64,000 nucleotides of DNA from an uncultured Candidatus Rokubacteria bacterium (lineage in GTDB: Bacteria; Methylomirabilota; Methylomirabilia; Rokubacteriales; CSP1-6): contig CAVXJS010000007.1 in assembly GCA_963762145.1 (NCBI GenBank), forward strand, positions 1 through 64,000, written 5' to 3'. A model generated the notes under the pieces. That model had not been told where the DNA came from. It worked only from the letters and a program-made list of their open reading frames with translations, and ran no database searches. Of the stretch, positions 9,147 to 17,954 are shown one piece after another; position 1 is the first letter of the stretch; every line of letters begins with the position of its first letter. The translations under genes were made by a program, and so were the position numbers.

Positions 9147-9358
9147 GATGTGCCCGCGCATGCTGCCACTGCGGCGAGCCCTCGTCAAGTGCGGCGGCGC
9201 GCCCCCCATGCTGCCCCAGGTCGCTTGGCCCGGCTTGAAGTCGGTCCCGACCCCGCATATCCTCTCTTCGACTGCCGGACGCGGGGCCGGCGACACTCCG
9301 TTCTCCCTGCCGGACCCATGGGCCGGCGAAAGACGTCTTCCACGTGACGGAGGGTGCC

Positions 9359-9893
9359 ATGCCGAAGCCGGATCCTGTCTTGTCGGCTCGCGTCGAGCAG
9401 CCGGTTCTCATCGTCTTCGCGGACCTTACCCGCTTCATGGCGAACTCGCGAAGCGCGGCCGATGCTGCGCTGGCCGAGCTGCTCGACGGGTACTACCGGC
9501 ATGCCCACGGGCTCGTCGAGGCCGCCGGCGGCCGGGTCGTCAAGTTCATGGGCGACGCGTTCCTGCCCGTCTGGCCCGAGGCCGGCGCCGGTGACGGGGT
9601 GGAGGCGCTGCCGGCCCTCAAGCGCGATATCGACGCATGGTGGGCCGCGAAGGGCTGGGATTCGCGCGTGGTCTTCAAGGCACATTTCGGCCGCGCGGTC
9701 ATCGGTCCGTTCGGCGCCGATGCGCGCTTCGATGTGATCGGGAACGAGGTGAATGTCGCGGCGACGCTTCCGGCCCGGACCGTGTCGCTGTCCGCGGAGG
9801 CGTTCCCGGCGCCTCGAGAACGGCAAGCGGCGTGCGTTCAGGAAGCACAGCGCGCCGGTCGTGCATATCCCGGTGGACGATCCGCGACCGTGA
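9359..9893 (+). CDS. Stand-alone class III adenylate/guanylate cyclase domain protein (1-bp frameshift near 9805)
   Basis: VFADLTRF, VKFMGDAFL, FDVIGNEVNVAA; removing one C near 9805 gives ...AFRRLENGKRRAFRKHSAPVVHIPVDDPRP and TGA 9891-9893. Confidence 0.75.
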
Positions 9894-9933
9894 TACGGTC
9901 ATGTAAAGTGGGGGCCAACCAGAAGGGAGTGCG

Positions 9934-10224
9934 ATGGCTCAAAAACGGCCGGGGATGTACCGTGGCGACCGCCGCCGCAAGGAAGATCAACGTAAAGCCA
10001 AGCAGGACGCGAAGCGCGCGCGGAAGGCAGAGCGCCGCGAGAGCGGCACCAGTGGGCCGGAGATCGAGGCGGCCGGTGCGAATGGCGGCCAGGGCGGGAA
10101 GGAGTTCGTCTGGTTCTCGCCGAGCAAGGGGCGAACCCATACGACGACCACCGCGGCAACGCCGACCATCGAGGGCGTCGACGACTGGACGCTCGTCAGT
10201 GACCCTCGGCTGAATCCTCAGTAA
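9934..10224 (+). CDS. Small basic hypothetical protein
   Basis: RBS GGGAG upstream; Lys/Arg-rich N-terminus; plausible codon usage. Confidence 0.6.
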   Translation: MAQKRPGMYRGDRRRKEDQRKAKQDAKRARKAERRESGTSGPEIEAAGANGGQGGKEFVWFSPSKGRTHTTTTAATPTIEGVDDWTLVSDPRLNPQ

Positions 10225-10310
10225 GGATCCGCCCTCCACGTCGGGCACTGGTCCCCTTCGGGATCCCGGCCGCGAACCAGCCCCCGTTGGTCGCGTTCAC
10301 CCGCGCGGCC

Positions 10311-10844
10311 TCACGCCGGCTCGGGCTCCACCCCGAGCCCCTCGGCGACGCGGTTCGTGTAGTTGAAGTACGCGGTGGTGAACGCGATCTCGAAGATCTC
10401 GGCGTCCGAGAAGCCGTGGCCGCGCAGCGCCTCCACGTCGGCGCGGATCATCGCGCGGGGCGTGCGGGTCAGCTTGAGCGCGTAGTCCACGATCGCCCGG
10501 TCCGCGGGCGGCAGGACCGCCGCGGATGGATCGGTCGCGAGCCCGTCGACCAGCCCGGGGTCGCCGCCGAGGGCGCGGAGGAACCCGCCGTGGAGCTGGG
10601 TGCAGTGCGCGCACCCGTTCTCCGCGCTGACCGCGGTGGCGATGTACTCGCGGCGCAGCTTGGAGAGGACCCCGGGTCCGCCGAGGGCGCCGTAGAACTC
10701 GAGGTGGGCGCCGAGCAGGCGCGGGCTCGGCGTGAAGACGCGATAGAAGGGGATCATGCGGCCCAGCCCGCGGATGACCCGCTCGTAGCATTCCTTCAGG
10801 CGGCCCTCGGCCGCGCTCTCGTGCACCTCGGCGATCCAGGACAT
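10311..10844 (-). CDS. Peroxidase-related AhpD/carboxymuconolactone decarboxylase family protein
   Basis: REYIATAVSAENGCAHC, YALKLTRTP, AYFNYTNRVAEGLG. Confidence 0.88.
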   Translation of the reverse strand: MSWIAEVHESAAEGRLKECYERVIRGLGRMIPFYRVFTPSPRLLGAHLEFYGALGGPGVLSKLRREYIATAVSAENGCAHCTQLHGGFLRALGGDPGLVDGLATDPSAAVLPPADRAIVDYALKLTRTPRAMIRADVEALRGHGFSDAEIFEIAFTTAYFNYTNRVAEGLGVEPEPA

Positions 10845-10857
10845 GGCGGGGTGTCTC

Positions 10858-11481
10858 CTAGGGCCGCGTCGCCCGGACCAGGGCGTCGATCGCCTCGCGC
10901 GGGGCGTCCGGGTCCGCGACCGTCCGGCGCAGGCGCTGGGCCTTCTCGATCCGGAGATCTCCGATCTCCGCGACCACGTCGTCCGGGGTGAAGAGGACGT
11001 CGGGCTGGGTCGGGCCGCCCCAGCCCTCGGTGAGATTGAGCAGATCATGACCGACGACCAGCAGCGTGCCGCCGGGACGGACCGCGCCGGCCGCGCGCGC
11101 GAGCGCGGTCGGGCGCTCGCGGGCCGGGAGCTGCAGGTAGAAGACGCACACCAGATCGTAGCCGGGCGCGGGCGGCGCCCCCGCCATCACGTCGGCCTCG
11201 ACCCACTCGACCTCCACGCGACGCTCGGCCGCGAAGGCGCGCGCCATCCGGAGGGCCACGCCGGAGAAATCCACCGCGGTCACTCGCCAGCCCTGCTCGG
11301 CGAGCCAGACCGCGTTCCGGCCCGCGCCGCACGCGAGGTCGAGCGCCGTCCCAGGTCGCAGATCGGCGACCTCGGCGACCAGGAACCGGCTCGGCGTGGT
11401 GCTGGCGTGGACGCGCTCCTCGCCGGCCCAGCGACGGTTCCAGCGGTCGCGCGAGGGCTCCGACGTCGTGGTCAGTCGCAC
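10858..11481 (-). CDS. Class I SAM-dependent methyltransferase
   Basis: ALDLACGAGRNAVWLAEQGWRVTAVDFS. Confidence 0.88.
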   Translation of the reverse strand: MRLTTTSEPSRDRWNRRWAGEERVHASTTPSRFLVAEVADLRPGTALDLACGAGRNAVWLAEQGWRVTAVDFSGVALRMARAFAAERRVEVEWVEADVMAGAPPAPGYDLVCVFYLQLPARERPTALARAAGAVRPGGTLLVVGHDLLNLTEGWGGPTQPDVLFTPDDVVAEIGDLRIEKAQRLRRTVADPDAPREAIDALVRATRP

Positions 11482-11831
11482 CGCTTGAGCAGGATGGACC
11501 AGAAGCGGGCCGGGCGCTTCGTCTCGTTGCGGGCGAGATGCGCCGAGCCCTCCTCGAGCCAGTGGGCGCTGCGCGGCCGCAGCGCCTCGCGCTTGCCCTT
11601 CGCGTAGAGCGCCAGCTCCCCGTCCTGGACGATGGTGATCTCGGGCCCTTCGTTGAGGTGGAGATCGGAGTCGGCGCCGGGCGGATAGGTCATCAGGACG
11701 ATCCGCACCGACTCGTTGTTCAGCAGCTCCTGCTCGGTGACCTGCGCCTGGGGCGAATGGGCCATCGTGGCCCGTCCGATGAACACCCCCAGCACGATCA
11801 GCAGACCGCAGAGCATCAGCTTCGCCGTCAT
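11472..11831 (-). CDS. Exported cupin-domain protein
   Basis: Hydrophobic N-terminus; YPPGADSDLH..PE and GSAHLARN. Confidence 0.7.
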   Translation of the reverse strand: MTAKLMLCGLLIVLGVFIGRATMAHSPQAQVTEQELLNNESVRIVLMTYPPGADSDLHLNEGPEITIVQDGELALYAKGKREALRPRSAHWLEEGSAHLARNETKRPARFWSILLKRCD

Positions 11832-11854
11832 TCCTGTCTCCTTTGACGGCGATC

Positions 11855-12451
11855 CTACCAGAAGATCAGGAGCACGGAGGCGGCGAGAAGCGCCCCCATC
11901 GCCCCATTGAAGACCCGACGGGCGCGCTCGGAGCGGAGCACGCGCTGCAGGACGGCGCCGAAGGCCAGCCACGGCAGGCAGCTCGGGAGCGACGCGAGGA
12001 CGAACGTGAGCCCGAAGGCGGCCGACTGGACCAGCGCGCTGCTCGCGCCGTCCTGGAGGAACGTCGCGGCCGCGCTCGCGCAGACGAGCCAGGATTTCGG
12101 GTTGATCCACTGGAAGGCGGCCGCGCCGATGAATCCCACCGGGGGGCCGGCGGCGGTGGCGCCCGAGCGGCCCGCGGTCGCGATCTTCCAGGCGAGCCAG
12201 CACAGCATCGCCGCCCCGCACCACTTGATGACCTCCAGCACCATCGGGTGGTGGAGGATGACGCTGCCGAGCCCGAAGGCCACGATGAACATCATCAGCC
12301 CCATGCCGACGGCGACGCCGAGCAGGCACGGCAGCCCGCGCAGCACGCCCACCGTCGCGCCGGTGGCGGTCAGCAGCGCGTTGCTGGGGCCCGGCGTACC
12401 GGCGGCGGCGACCGAGAAGAGGAAGAAGGCGACGGCCTGCTCGAGCGTCAT
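11855..12451 (-). CDS. LysE family translocator
   Basis: AGTPGPSNALL and FQWINPKSW. Confidence 0.9.
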   Translation of the reverse strand: MTLEQAVAFFLFSVAAAGTPGPSNALLTATGATVGVLRGLPCLLGVAVGMGLMMFIVAFGLGSVILHHPMVLEVIKWCGAAMLCWLAWKIATAGRSGATAAGPPVGFIGAAAFQWINPKSWLVCASAAATFLQDGASSALVQSAAFGLTFVLASLPSCLPWLAFGAVLQRVLRSERARRVFNGAMGALLAASVLLIFW

Positions 12452-12487
12452 TTGCGCCGGCCGCCCCGGAGCGGGTAGATTCGCCGC

Positions 12488-13348
12488 ATGGGATCGAGTC
12501 TGGGCCGATCGGCCGGCCAGGGTCTTGAACGTTCGTGCGGCGCTCGCGAGTGGGTGCGGGGGCGGGGACCGGTCGCGGGCGTCGAGTTGCTGCACGCGTG
12601 GTTCCGCGGGCGGGCCTTCGCCCGGCACCGCCACGACACCTACGCGATCGGCCTCACCGAGGCCGGGATCCAGGTGTTCGACTACCGCGGCCGCGTCGAG
12701 CGTGCCCGGACGGGTGACGTGCTCGTGCTGCACCCCGACGAGGAGCACGACGGGCGCGCCGGAGGCGACGACGGGTTCGGCTACCGGATCGTCTACGTCG
12801 AGCCGGCCCGTATCGCCGCCGCGGTCCACGCGATCCGGGGCCGGCCGGCCTCGCTGCCGTTCGCGCGGGAGCCCGTGTCGCGGAACCCGATGCTGGCGCG
12901 CGCGATCACCGCCGCGTTCCAGGCTCCCGCGGAGCCGCTGGCCCTCGACGCGCTCGTGCTCCGGCTGGCGGAAGGACTGGTCGAGGGCGCCGCCGACGGC
13001 GGGCCGGTCCGGGTGCCTCGCCTGGACCCGGGCGCGCTCGACCGGGCCCGCGCCTTCCTGGATGACCGGCGTGTCATCGTCCGATCGACCGAGCTCGAGG
13101 CGGTCACCGGCCTGAGCCGCTACGAGCTCGCCCGCCAGTTCCGGGCCCGGTACGGAACGAGCCCGTATCGCTATTCGCTGCTGCGCCGGCTCGAGTTCGC
13201 GCGCACCCGGCTGCGCCCGGGGACGCCGCTGGCGGACCTGGCGCTGGCGGCGGGCTTTGCCGACCAGGCGCACTTCACGCGCATGTTCCGGTCGGCCTAC
13301 GGGGTGACGCCGGGCCGGTACGCGCGCCTGCGGGGTGGCGCCTCGTAG
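12488..13348 (+). CDS. AraC family transcriptional regulator
   Basis: FARHRHDTYAIG cupin and AGFADQAHFTRMFRSAYGVTPG HTH; divergent from the LysE gene. Confidence 0.92.
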   Translation: MGSSLGRSAGQGLERSCGAREWVRGRGPVAGVELLHAWFRGRAFARHRHDTYAIGLTEAGIQVFDYRGRVERARTGDVLVLHPDEEHDGRAGGDDGFGYRIVYVEPARIAAAVHAIRGRPASLPFAREPVSRNPMLARAITAAFQAPAEPLALDALVLRLAEGLVEGAADGGPVRVPRLDPGALDRARAFLDDRRVIVRSTELEAVTGLSRYELARQFRARYGTSPYRYSLLRRLEFARTRLRPGTPLADLALAAGFADQAHFTRMFRSAYGVTPGRYARLRGGAS

Positions 13349-13414
13349 TCCGCGGGTAAATCCCGCCCTTGGCGAACGATTCGTCCTCTGCTAGGCTGCG
13401 GCTTCTCCAGGGAG

Positions 13415-13681
13415 ATGCCAGTGAGCCTTTTCCTTCTGCTCGTCGTGGCGGTTCTCGCGTGTCTTCTCATCGGCGGCCTGCTGGGGCGCTTGTGGGAGCG
13501 GCACGAGGAGCGGGCCACCCAGAGGAAATGGGAGGAGCGAGAGCGTCTGCTGGACCGCCGCCCGGGCGTGGCCTCGCGGCCCGAGGTGCTCCGCCGCCGC
13601 TCCCTCCGTCGACGGCGGCTCGACCCGGCGGGCCGGGACAGCGGGCGGCGTTCCGGCCGGGGCCGACATCTCGGACGGTGA
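13415..13681 (+). CDS. Small single-TM hypothetical protein
   Basis: N-terminal hydrophobic helix and Arg-rich tail; upstream TAGGCT and GGGAG. Confidence 0.4.
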   Translation: MPVSLFLLLVVAVLACLLIGGLLGRLWERHEERATQRKWEERERLLDRRPGVASRPEVLRRRSLRRRRLDPAGRDSGRRSGRGRHLGR

Positions 13682-13716
13682 TGGGGCCGGCCCGTGATGG
13701 GCCGGCCGCGGATGGC

Positions 13717-14376
13717 ATGAGACTCGGCTTCCTGCCCCGGCATCCGTCCGGTGTCTTGCTGGCCGTGCAGCTGCTCGGCCTTCTGCTGTATCCGCTGATG
13801 GAAGACGCCGGGGCGGGCCGGGCCCTGTTCAGCAGCTTCGGGGTGCTGGTCCTGGCGCTGGCGCTCTGGGTCGTCAACCGCAGCCCAACCGTCAACTGGA
13901 TCGCGTGGCTGCTGGCGGCCCCGGCGGTGCTGCTGTCGTTGCTCGGCGGGTGGGGCGGGCAGCCCCAGTGGCTCGTGTGGGCGTACCTGCTGGAGAGCGC
14001 GCTGTACTTCTACGCAGCCGCGGGCCTGATCGCCTACATGCTCAGCGATCAGCGCGTGACCGCCGACGAGCTCCTTGCCGCCGGCGCCACCTTCACGTTG
14101 CTGGCCTGGGGCTTCGCCTTCGCGTTCGCCGCCTGCCAGACCCTGTCGCCCGGGAGCTTCATCGCGGCGGTGGATCCCGCGGCGCCGCGGAGCTGGATGG
14201 AGCTGCTGTTCCTGAGCTTCACGACCCTGTCCAGCGTCGGCCTCGGCGACGTCCTGCCGATCAGCCCGTGGGCCCGGGCGCTGGTGATGCTGGAGCAGTT
14301 CGCGGGAGTGATGTACATCGCGCTGGTGGTGTCACGCCTGATCGGCCTGACCATCGTGCGCTCCGAGCTTCGCTAG
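13717..14376 (+). CDS. Ion channel family protein (Ion_trans_2, K+ channel-like)
   Basis: LSFTTLSSVGLGDVLP pore loop and MLEQFAGVMYIALVVSRL. Confidence 0.85.
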   Translation: MRLGFLPRHPSGVLLAVQLLGLLLYPLMEDAGAGRALFSSFGVLVLALALWVVNRSPTVNWIAWLLAAPAVLLSLLGGWGGQPQWLVWAYLLESALYFYAAAGLIAYMLSDQRVTADELLAAGATFTLLAWGFAFAFAACQTLSPGSFIAAVDPAAPRSWMELLFLSFTTLSSVGLGDVLPISPWARALVMLEQFAGVMYIALVVSRLIGLTIVRSELR

Positions 14377-14768
14377 GCTTCGCCTCTCGGATCCCCCGCC
14401 GCCGAGTGGTCGGTGGGCTGTGGCGTCGCGCTCAGCACCGTGACGCCGTCGGGCGCCTCGAACCGGTGCCAGTGCCCCTGCGGGACGACGATCAGCATCC
14501 CGGCGCGGAGCTCGAACGACCGGGGCCCCTCGTCGGTCATGATCGTGAGGGTCGCGGCCCCGTCCAGGATCTGCACGAGCTCGTCGCCCTTCCGGTGCCG
14601 CTCCCATGGCGTGTCCCCGGAGAAGCGGCCCGCGAAGACGCTGCCGTCGCGGAACGGAGCCAGCGCGGCGAACGCGGCCCGGACCTCATCGGCGGGCGTG
14701 TCCACCGCGCGTTCCCGCAGCACCGGCAGGCCGGCCAGCTCGGCCCGGATGTCCACCGCTCGGATCAT
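14373..14768 (-). CDS. Cupin domain protein
   Basis: WERHRKGDELVQILDG and VVPQGHWHR. Confidence 0.85.
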   Translation of the reverse strand: MIRAVDIRAELAGLPVLRERAVDTPADEVRAAFAALAPFRDGSVFAGRFSGDTPWERHRKGDELVQILDGAATLTIMTDEGPRSFELRAGMLIVVPQGHWHRFEAPDGVTVLSATPQPTDHSAAGDPRGEA

Positions 14769-14770
14769 GG

Positions 14771-15652
14771 TCAGGTCTGGAGATCTCCGACCGCGTCGGC
14801 CAGGGCCTCCAGCTCCGCGCGCCAGGACCTGGGCGTGACCAGCGGGCGCACCACGAACTTCGAGAAGCCCACCGCGATGAACTGCTCGAGCAGCGCGCGG
14901 AGCGCGGGCAGCCCCACCGGGGTCAGCTCGACCGAGCGAGGCCGCCGCGCGGCCATGGCGCGGGCGGTGGCCGGATCGATCGCCGCGGTGGCGTAGCCGA
15001 CGCTCATGCCGAAGTGCTCGCCGCTGATCGAGCGCCCGGCGCGCGCCGCCGCCGCCTCGATCACGACGCGCCCCGCCGCCGCTTCCGCGGGCGTGCACAG
15101 CGACGGCAGCCAGCCATCCGACAGCCGGCCGCAGCGCTCGAGAGCAGCCGGCACCGTGCCGCCCAGCCACACCTCGAGCGGCTGCTGCACGGGGAGCGGG
15201 GAGAGCTTGACCTCCCTGAGAGTCCCGGCGGGCCCGTCGTGGCTCACGGTCTCGCCGGCCCAGAGGCGGCGCAGGACCGGGAGGGCCTCGTCGATGAAGG
15301 CGCCGCGCTGCTTGGGCTCGACGCCGATGGCCTCGCGCTCCGGCGCGAAGGTGAGGCCGGGCACCAGCGTCACCAGCAGGCGCCCCTGGGACAGCCGGTC
15401 GAGGCTCGCGAGCTGCTTGGCCAGGCGCAGCACGTTTCGACCCGGCAGGAGCATGGTGGTTCCGACCTTCAGGCGCGGGTTGCTCGCGGCGGCCCACGCG
15501 AGGCCCACCACCGGATCGAGCACCGGGCCGGTCAGCACCTCCGAGAGCCAGAGGGAATCGAACCCGAACTCGTCGAGGCCGGCCACCAGCTCGGCCATCG
15601 CTTCCATGGAAGCGGTCGCGCCCGCGGAGCCCACCCCGATCCGGATCTTCAT
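14771..15652 (-). CDS. LLM-class flavin/F420-dependent oxidoreductase
   Basis: GFDSLWLSE, LAKQLASLDRLSQGRL, VWLGG, DGWLPS. Confidence 0.9.
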   Translation of the reverse strand: MKIRIGVGSAGATASMEAMAELVAGLDEFGFDSLWLSEVLTGPVLDPVVGLAWAAASNPRLKVGTTMLLPGRNVLRLAKQLASLDRLSQGRLLVTLVPGLTFAPEREAIGVEPKQRGAFIDEALPVLRRLWAGETVSHDGPAGTLREVKLSPLPVQQPLEVWLGGTVPAALERCGRLSDGWLPSLCTPAEAAAGRVVIEAAAARAGRSISGEHFGMSVGYATAAIDPATARAMAARRPRSVELTPVGLPALRALLEQFIAVGFSKFVVRPLVTPRSWRAELEALADAVGDLQT

Positions 15653-15813
15653 GGCGGGGTCGATTCTACCGCGTCCGGCCGGGCCGCAGCGCTCGAGCTT
15701 CGAATCGTGAAGAAGCGCCTTCCCGGTAAGGTCCACCCGGAAACCTCGGGGTACCCCTCTCGATTCCGACCGACCATCCGGCCCTATCCGGCGCGAGCGT
15801 CTGGTTTGGCGCG

Positions 15814-15829
15814 CGGCACAGGCCTTGCT
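15814..15829 (+). promoter_or_regulatory. Putative sigma-54 (-24/-12) promoter
   Basis: CGGCACAGGCCTTGCT has GG-N10-GC spacing close to consensus TGGCACG-N4-TTGC, about 50 nt upstream of ATG 15878. Confidence 0.55.
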
Positions 15830-15877
15830 CTCTCGCGAGCACAGGAACGATCTCGACCGCAACCAAGGAGAAACCTC

Positions 15878-16345
15878 ATGACGTGGAAACCGACTCTCGC
15901 GATCGCAGTGGGCAGTCTACTTCTCGCGGGCACCGCATTCGCCCAGGCGCCGGGCGGAACAGGCGGCTCTGGCGCCGGCGCCCCCGGGGGCGGGGCGATG
16001 ACGCCCACGACGCCCGGGACCGGAGTCAACCCGTGTCCGCCGGGGCAGGTCAAGGAAGGGGGCACGTGCGCACCGGCTCGAGTCCAGGGGGATCAGACGT
16101 CGCAACCGCGGATGGGCCGATCAATGGAGAAGATGGATCGGCAGGTCGGCGCTGAACATGGCAAGAGCAAGCAGCAGGTGAAGATGATGCAGGAAGCCCT
16201 GAAGGGGAAGGGCTACGATCCGGGCGCGATCGATGGCGCGATGGGCCCGAGGACCAGCGCGGCGCTCCGCGAGTTCCAGCAGTCCGAGGGACTTCGCGTG
16301 ACCGGTCGCCTCGACGCCGAGACTCGCAGCAAGCTCGGGATCTAG
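15878..16345 (+). CDS. Secreted peptidoglycan-binding domain protein
   Basis: Signal peptide; QEALKGKGYDPGAIDGAMGPRTSAALREFQQSEGLRVTGRLD; RBS AAGGAG. Confidence 0.88.
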   Translation: MTWKPTLAIAVGSLLLAGTAFAQAPGGTGGSGAGAPGGGAMTPTTPGTGVNPCPPGQVKEGGTCAPARVQGDQTSQPRMGRSMEKMDRQVGAEHGKSKQQVKMMQEALKGKGYDPGAIDGAMGPRTSAALREFQQSEGLRVTGRLDAETRSKLGI

Positions 16346-16353
16346 CGGAGACG

Positions 16354-16385
16354 GGGAAGCCGGTGCAGTAGCCGGCCGGCTTCCC
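16354..16385 (+). terminator. Hairpin after the PG-binding gene (possible terminator)
   Basis: 10-bp inverted repeat GGGAAGCCGG...CCGGCTTCCC; weak U-tail. Confidence 0.4.
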
Positions 16386-16433
16386 TTGCGGATCTTCGTC
16401 CGGCCGGTCGGGTGTTGTCGTATCGTTCTGGCT

Positions 16434-17330
16434 GTGATCGTGCACCTCGTCGACGGTACCTACGAGCTCTTCCGCTATTTCCTCTCGCCCGGGGCGGCCT
16501 TCGATCGGAGCACGCCGCCCGAGCTCCGCGCGGTACGAGGCGTCGTCGCGTCGATCCTCGGCATGCTCGAGGGCGGCGCGACGCATCTGGGCGTGGCCAC
16601 CGATCATGTGATCGAGTCGTTCCGGAACGCGCTCTGGCCGGGCTACAAGACCGGCGAGGGTATGGACCCGCTCCTCTACGCCCAGTTCGAGCCGCTCGAG
16701 GAGGCGCTCGGCGCGCTGGGGGTGGCGGTCTGGCCGATGGTCGAGTTCGAGGCCGACGATGCCCTCGCCGCCGCGGCGGCGGTCGCGGCGGCCGACGCGC
16801 GGGTGGAGCAGGTCGTGATCTGCACGCCGGACAAGGATCTGGCGCAGTGCGTGCGGGACCAGCGGGTGGTCCAGCTCGACCGGCGCCGCGCCGAGCTGCG
16901 TGACGAGGCGGGCGTGGTGAAGAAGTTCGGCGTCCGGCCCGCGTCGATTCCGGACTGGCTCGCCCTGGTCGGCGACAGCGCGGACGGCTTCCCGGGCCTG
17001 GCCGGCTGGGGCGCCGCGTCCGCGTCGGCAGTGCTGGCGCGCTACGAGCACCTGGAGCGCATTCCCGAGCAGGCCGCGAACTGGGAGGTCCCGGTGCGCG
17101 GCGCGGCGCGGTTGGCCGCGACGCTCGCCGCCCAGCGCGAGCACGCGATGCTGTTCCGCACCCTCGCCACGCTGCGCGCGGACGCGCCGATCGGCGCCTC
17201 CGTGGACGCGCTGCGGTGGGTCGGGCCGCGCCCCGGCTTCACGGCCTGGGCGGCGCGCCTCGGCCCACCCTCGCTCCAGGAGCGCGCCGCGAAGCTGGCG
17301 GAGGCGCGGGCTCGGCCTTCCACCGCGTGA
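16434..17330 (+). CDS. 5'-3' exonuclease / flap endonuclease (stand-alone)
   Basis: HLVDGTYELFR, FEADDALA, DKDLAQ, ALVGDSADGFPG. Confidence 0.9.
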   Translation: MIVHLVDGTYELFRYFLSPGAAFDRSTPPELRAVRGVVASILGMLEGGATHLGVATDHVIESFRNALWPGYKTGEGMDPLLYAQFEPLEEALGALGVAVWPMVEFEADDALAAAAAVAAADARVEQVVICTPDKDLAQCVRDQRVVQLDRRRAELRDEAGVVKKFGVRPASIPDWLALVGDSADGFPGLAGWGAASASAVLARYEHLERIPEQAANWEVPVRGAARLAATLAAQREHAMLFRTLATLRADAPIGASVDALRWVGPRPGFTAWAARLGPPSLQERAAKLAEARARPSTA

Positions 17331-17342
17331 GAGCATGGAGTC

Positions 17343-17954
17343 GTGCTCGTCTTTCAGCCCGGCCTGTTCGTCGAGGAGCCGGGGTACGATCCGGAGCTGC
17401 GCGGGCTCGAGCGGACCGATCTGGGCGCGGGCGCCTGGATCGACCGGTTGCCGGAATGGGTGAAGGGCCACGAGACGGTGCTCCAGACCCTGTGGACCAC
17501 CATGCGCTGGCAGGCGCACCGGCGCCGCATGTACGAGCGCATCGTCGACGTTCCGCGGCTCGTGGCCACCTGGCCCGACGACGGACCGGGGCATCCGCTG
17601 CTACCCGCGCTGGCGGCCGCGCTGGCCGCGCGCTACGGGCGGCCGATGGAGCGCGTGTCCCTCGCCGCGTATCGCGATGGGCGCGACAGTGTCGCCTTCC
17701 ACGGCGACCGCCTGGGGCCGGCGCGTGACGACGCGATCGTGGCGATCGTGGCCCTCGGCGGGCGGCGGCGCTTCCAGCTGCGCCCGGCGGCCGGAGGCCG
17801 CTCGCGGTCGCTCGCCCTCGGCGCGGGCGACCTCCTGGTGATGGGCGGTACCTGTCAGCGCACGTGGCAGCACGCGGTGCCGAAGGTGGCCCACGCCGAC
17901 CTGCGCATCAGCGTGCAGTTCCGCTCCGCCCCCGTCGAGCCCGCCCGGTATTGA
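17343..17954 (+). CDS. Alpha-ketoglutarate-dependent dioxygenase, AlkB family
   Basis: YRDGRDSVAFHGD, GDLLVMGGTCQRTWQHAVPK, RISVQFR; the true start may be ATG 17335 with an indel. Confidence 0.88.
   Translation: MLVFQPGLFVEEPGYDPELRGLERTDLGAGAWIDRLPEWVKGHETVLQTLWTTMRWQAHRRRMYERIVDVPRLVATWPDDGPGHPLLPALAAALAARYGRPMERVSLAAYRDGRDSVAFHGDRLGPARDDAIVAIVALGGRRRFQLRPAAGGRSRSLALGAGDLLVMGGTCQRTWQHAVPKVAHADLRISVQFRSAPVEPARY

Noticed and set aside
10311-10844. Possible selenoprotein AhpD
   Set aside because: The motif is ordinary CxxC with no in-frame TGA.
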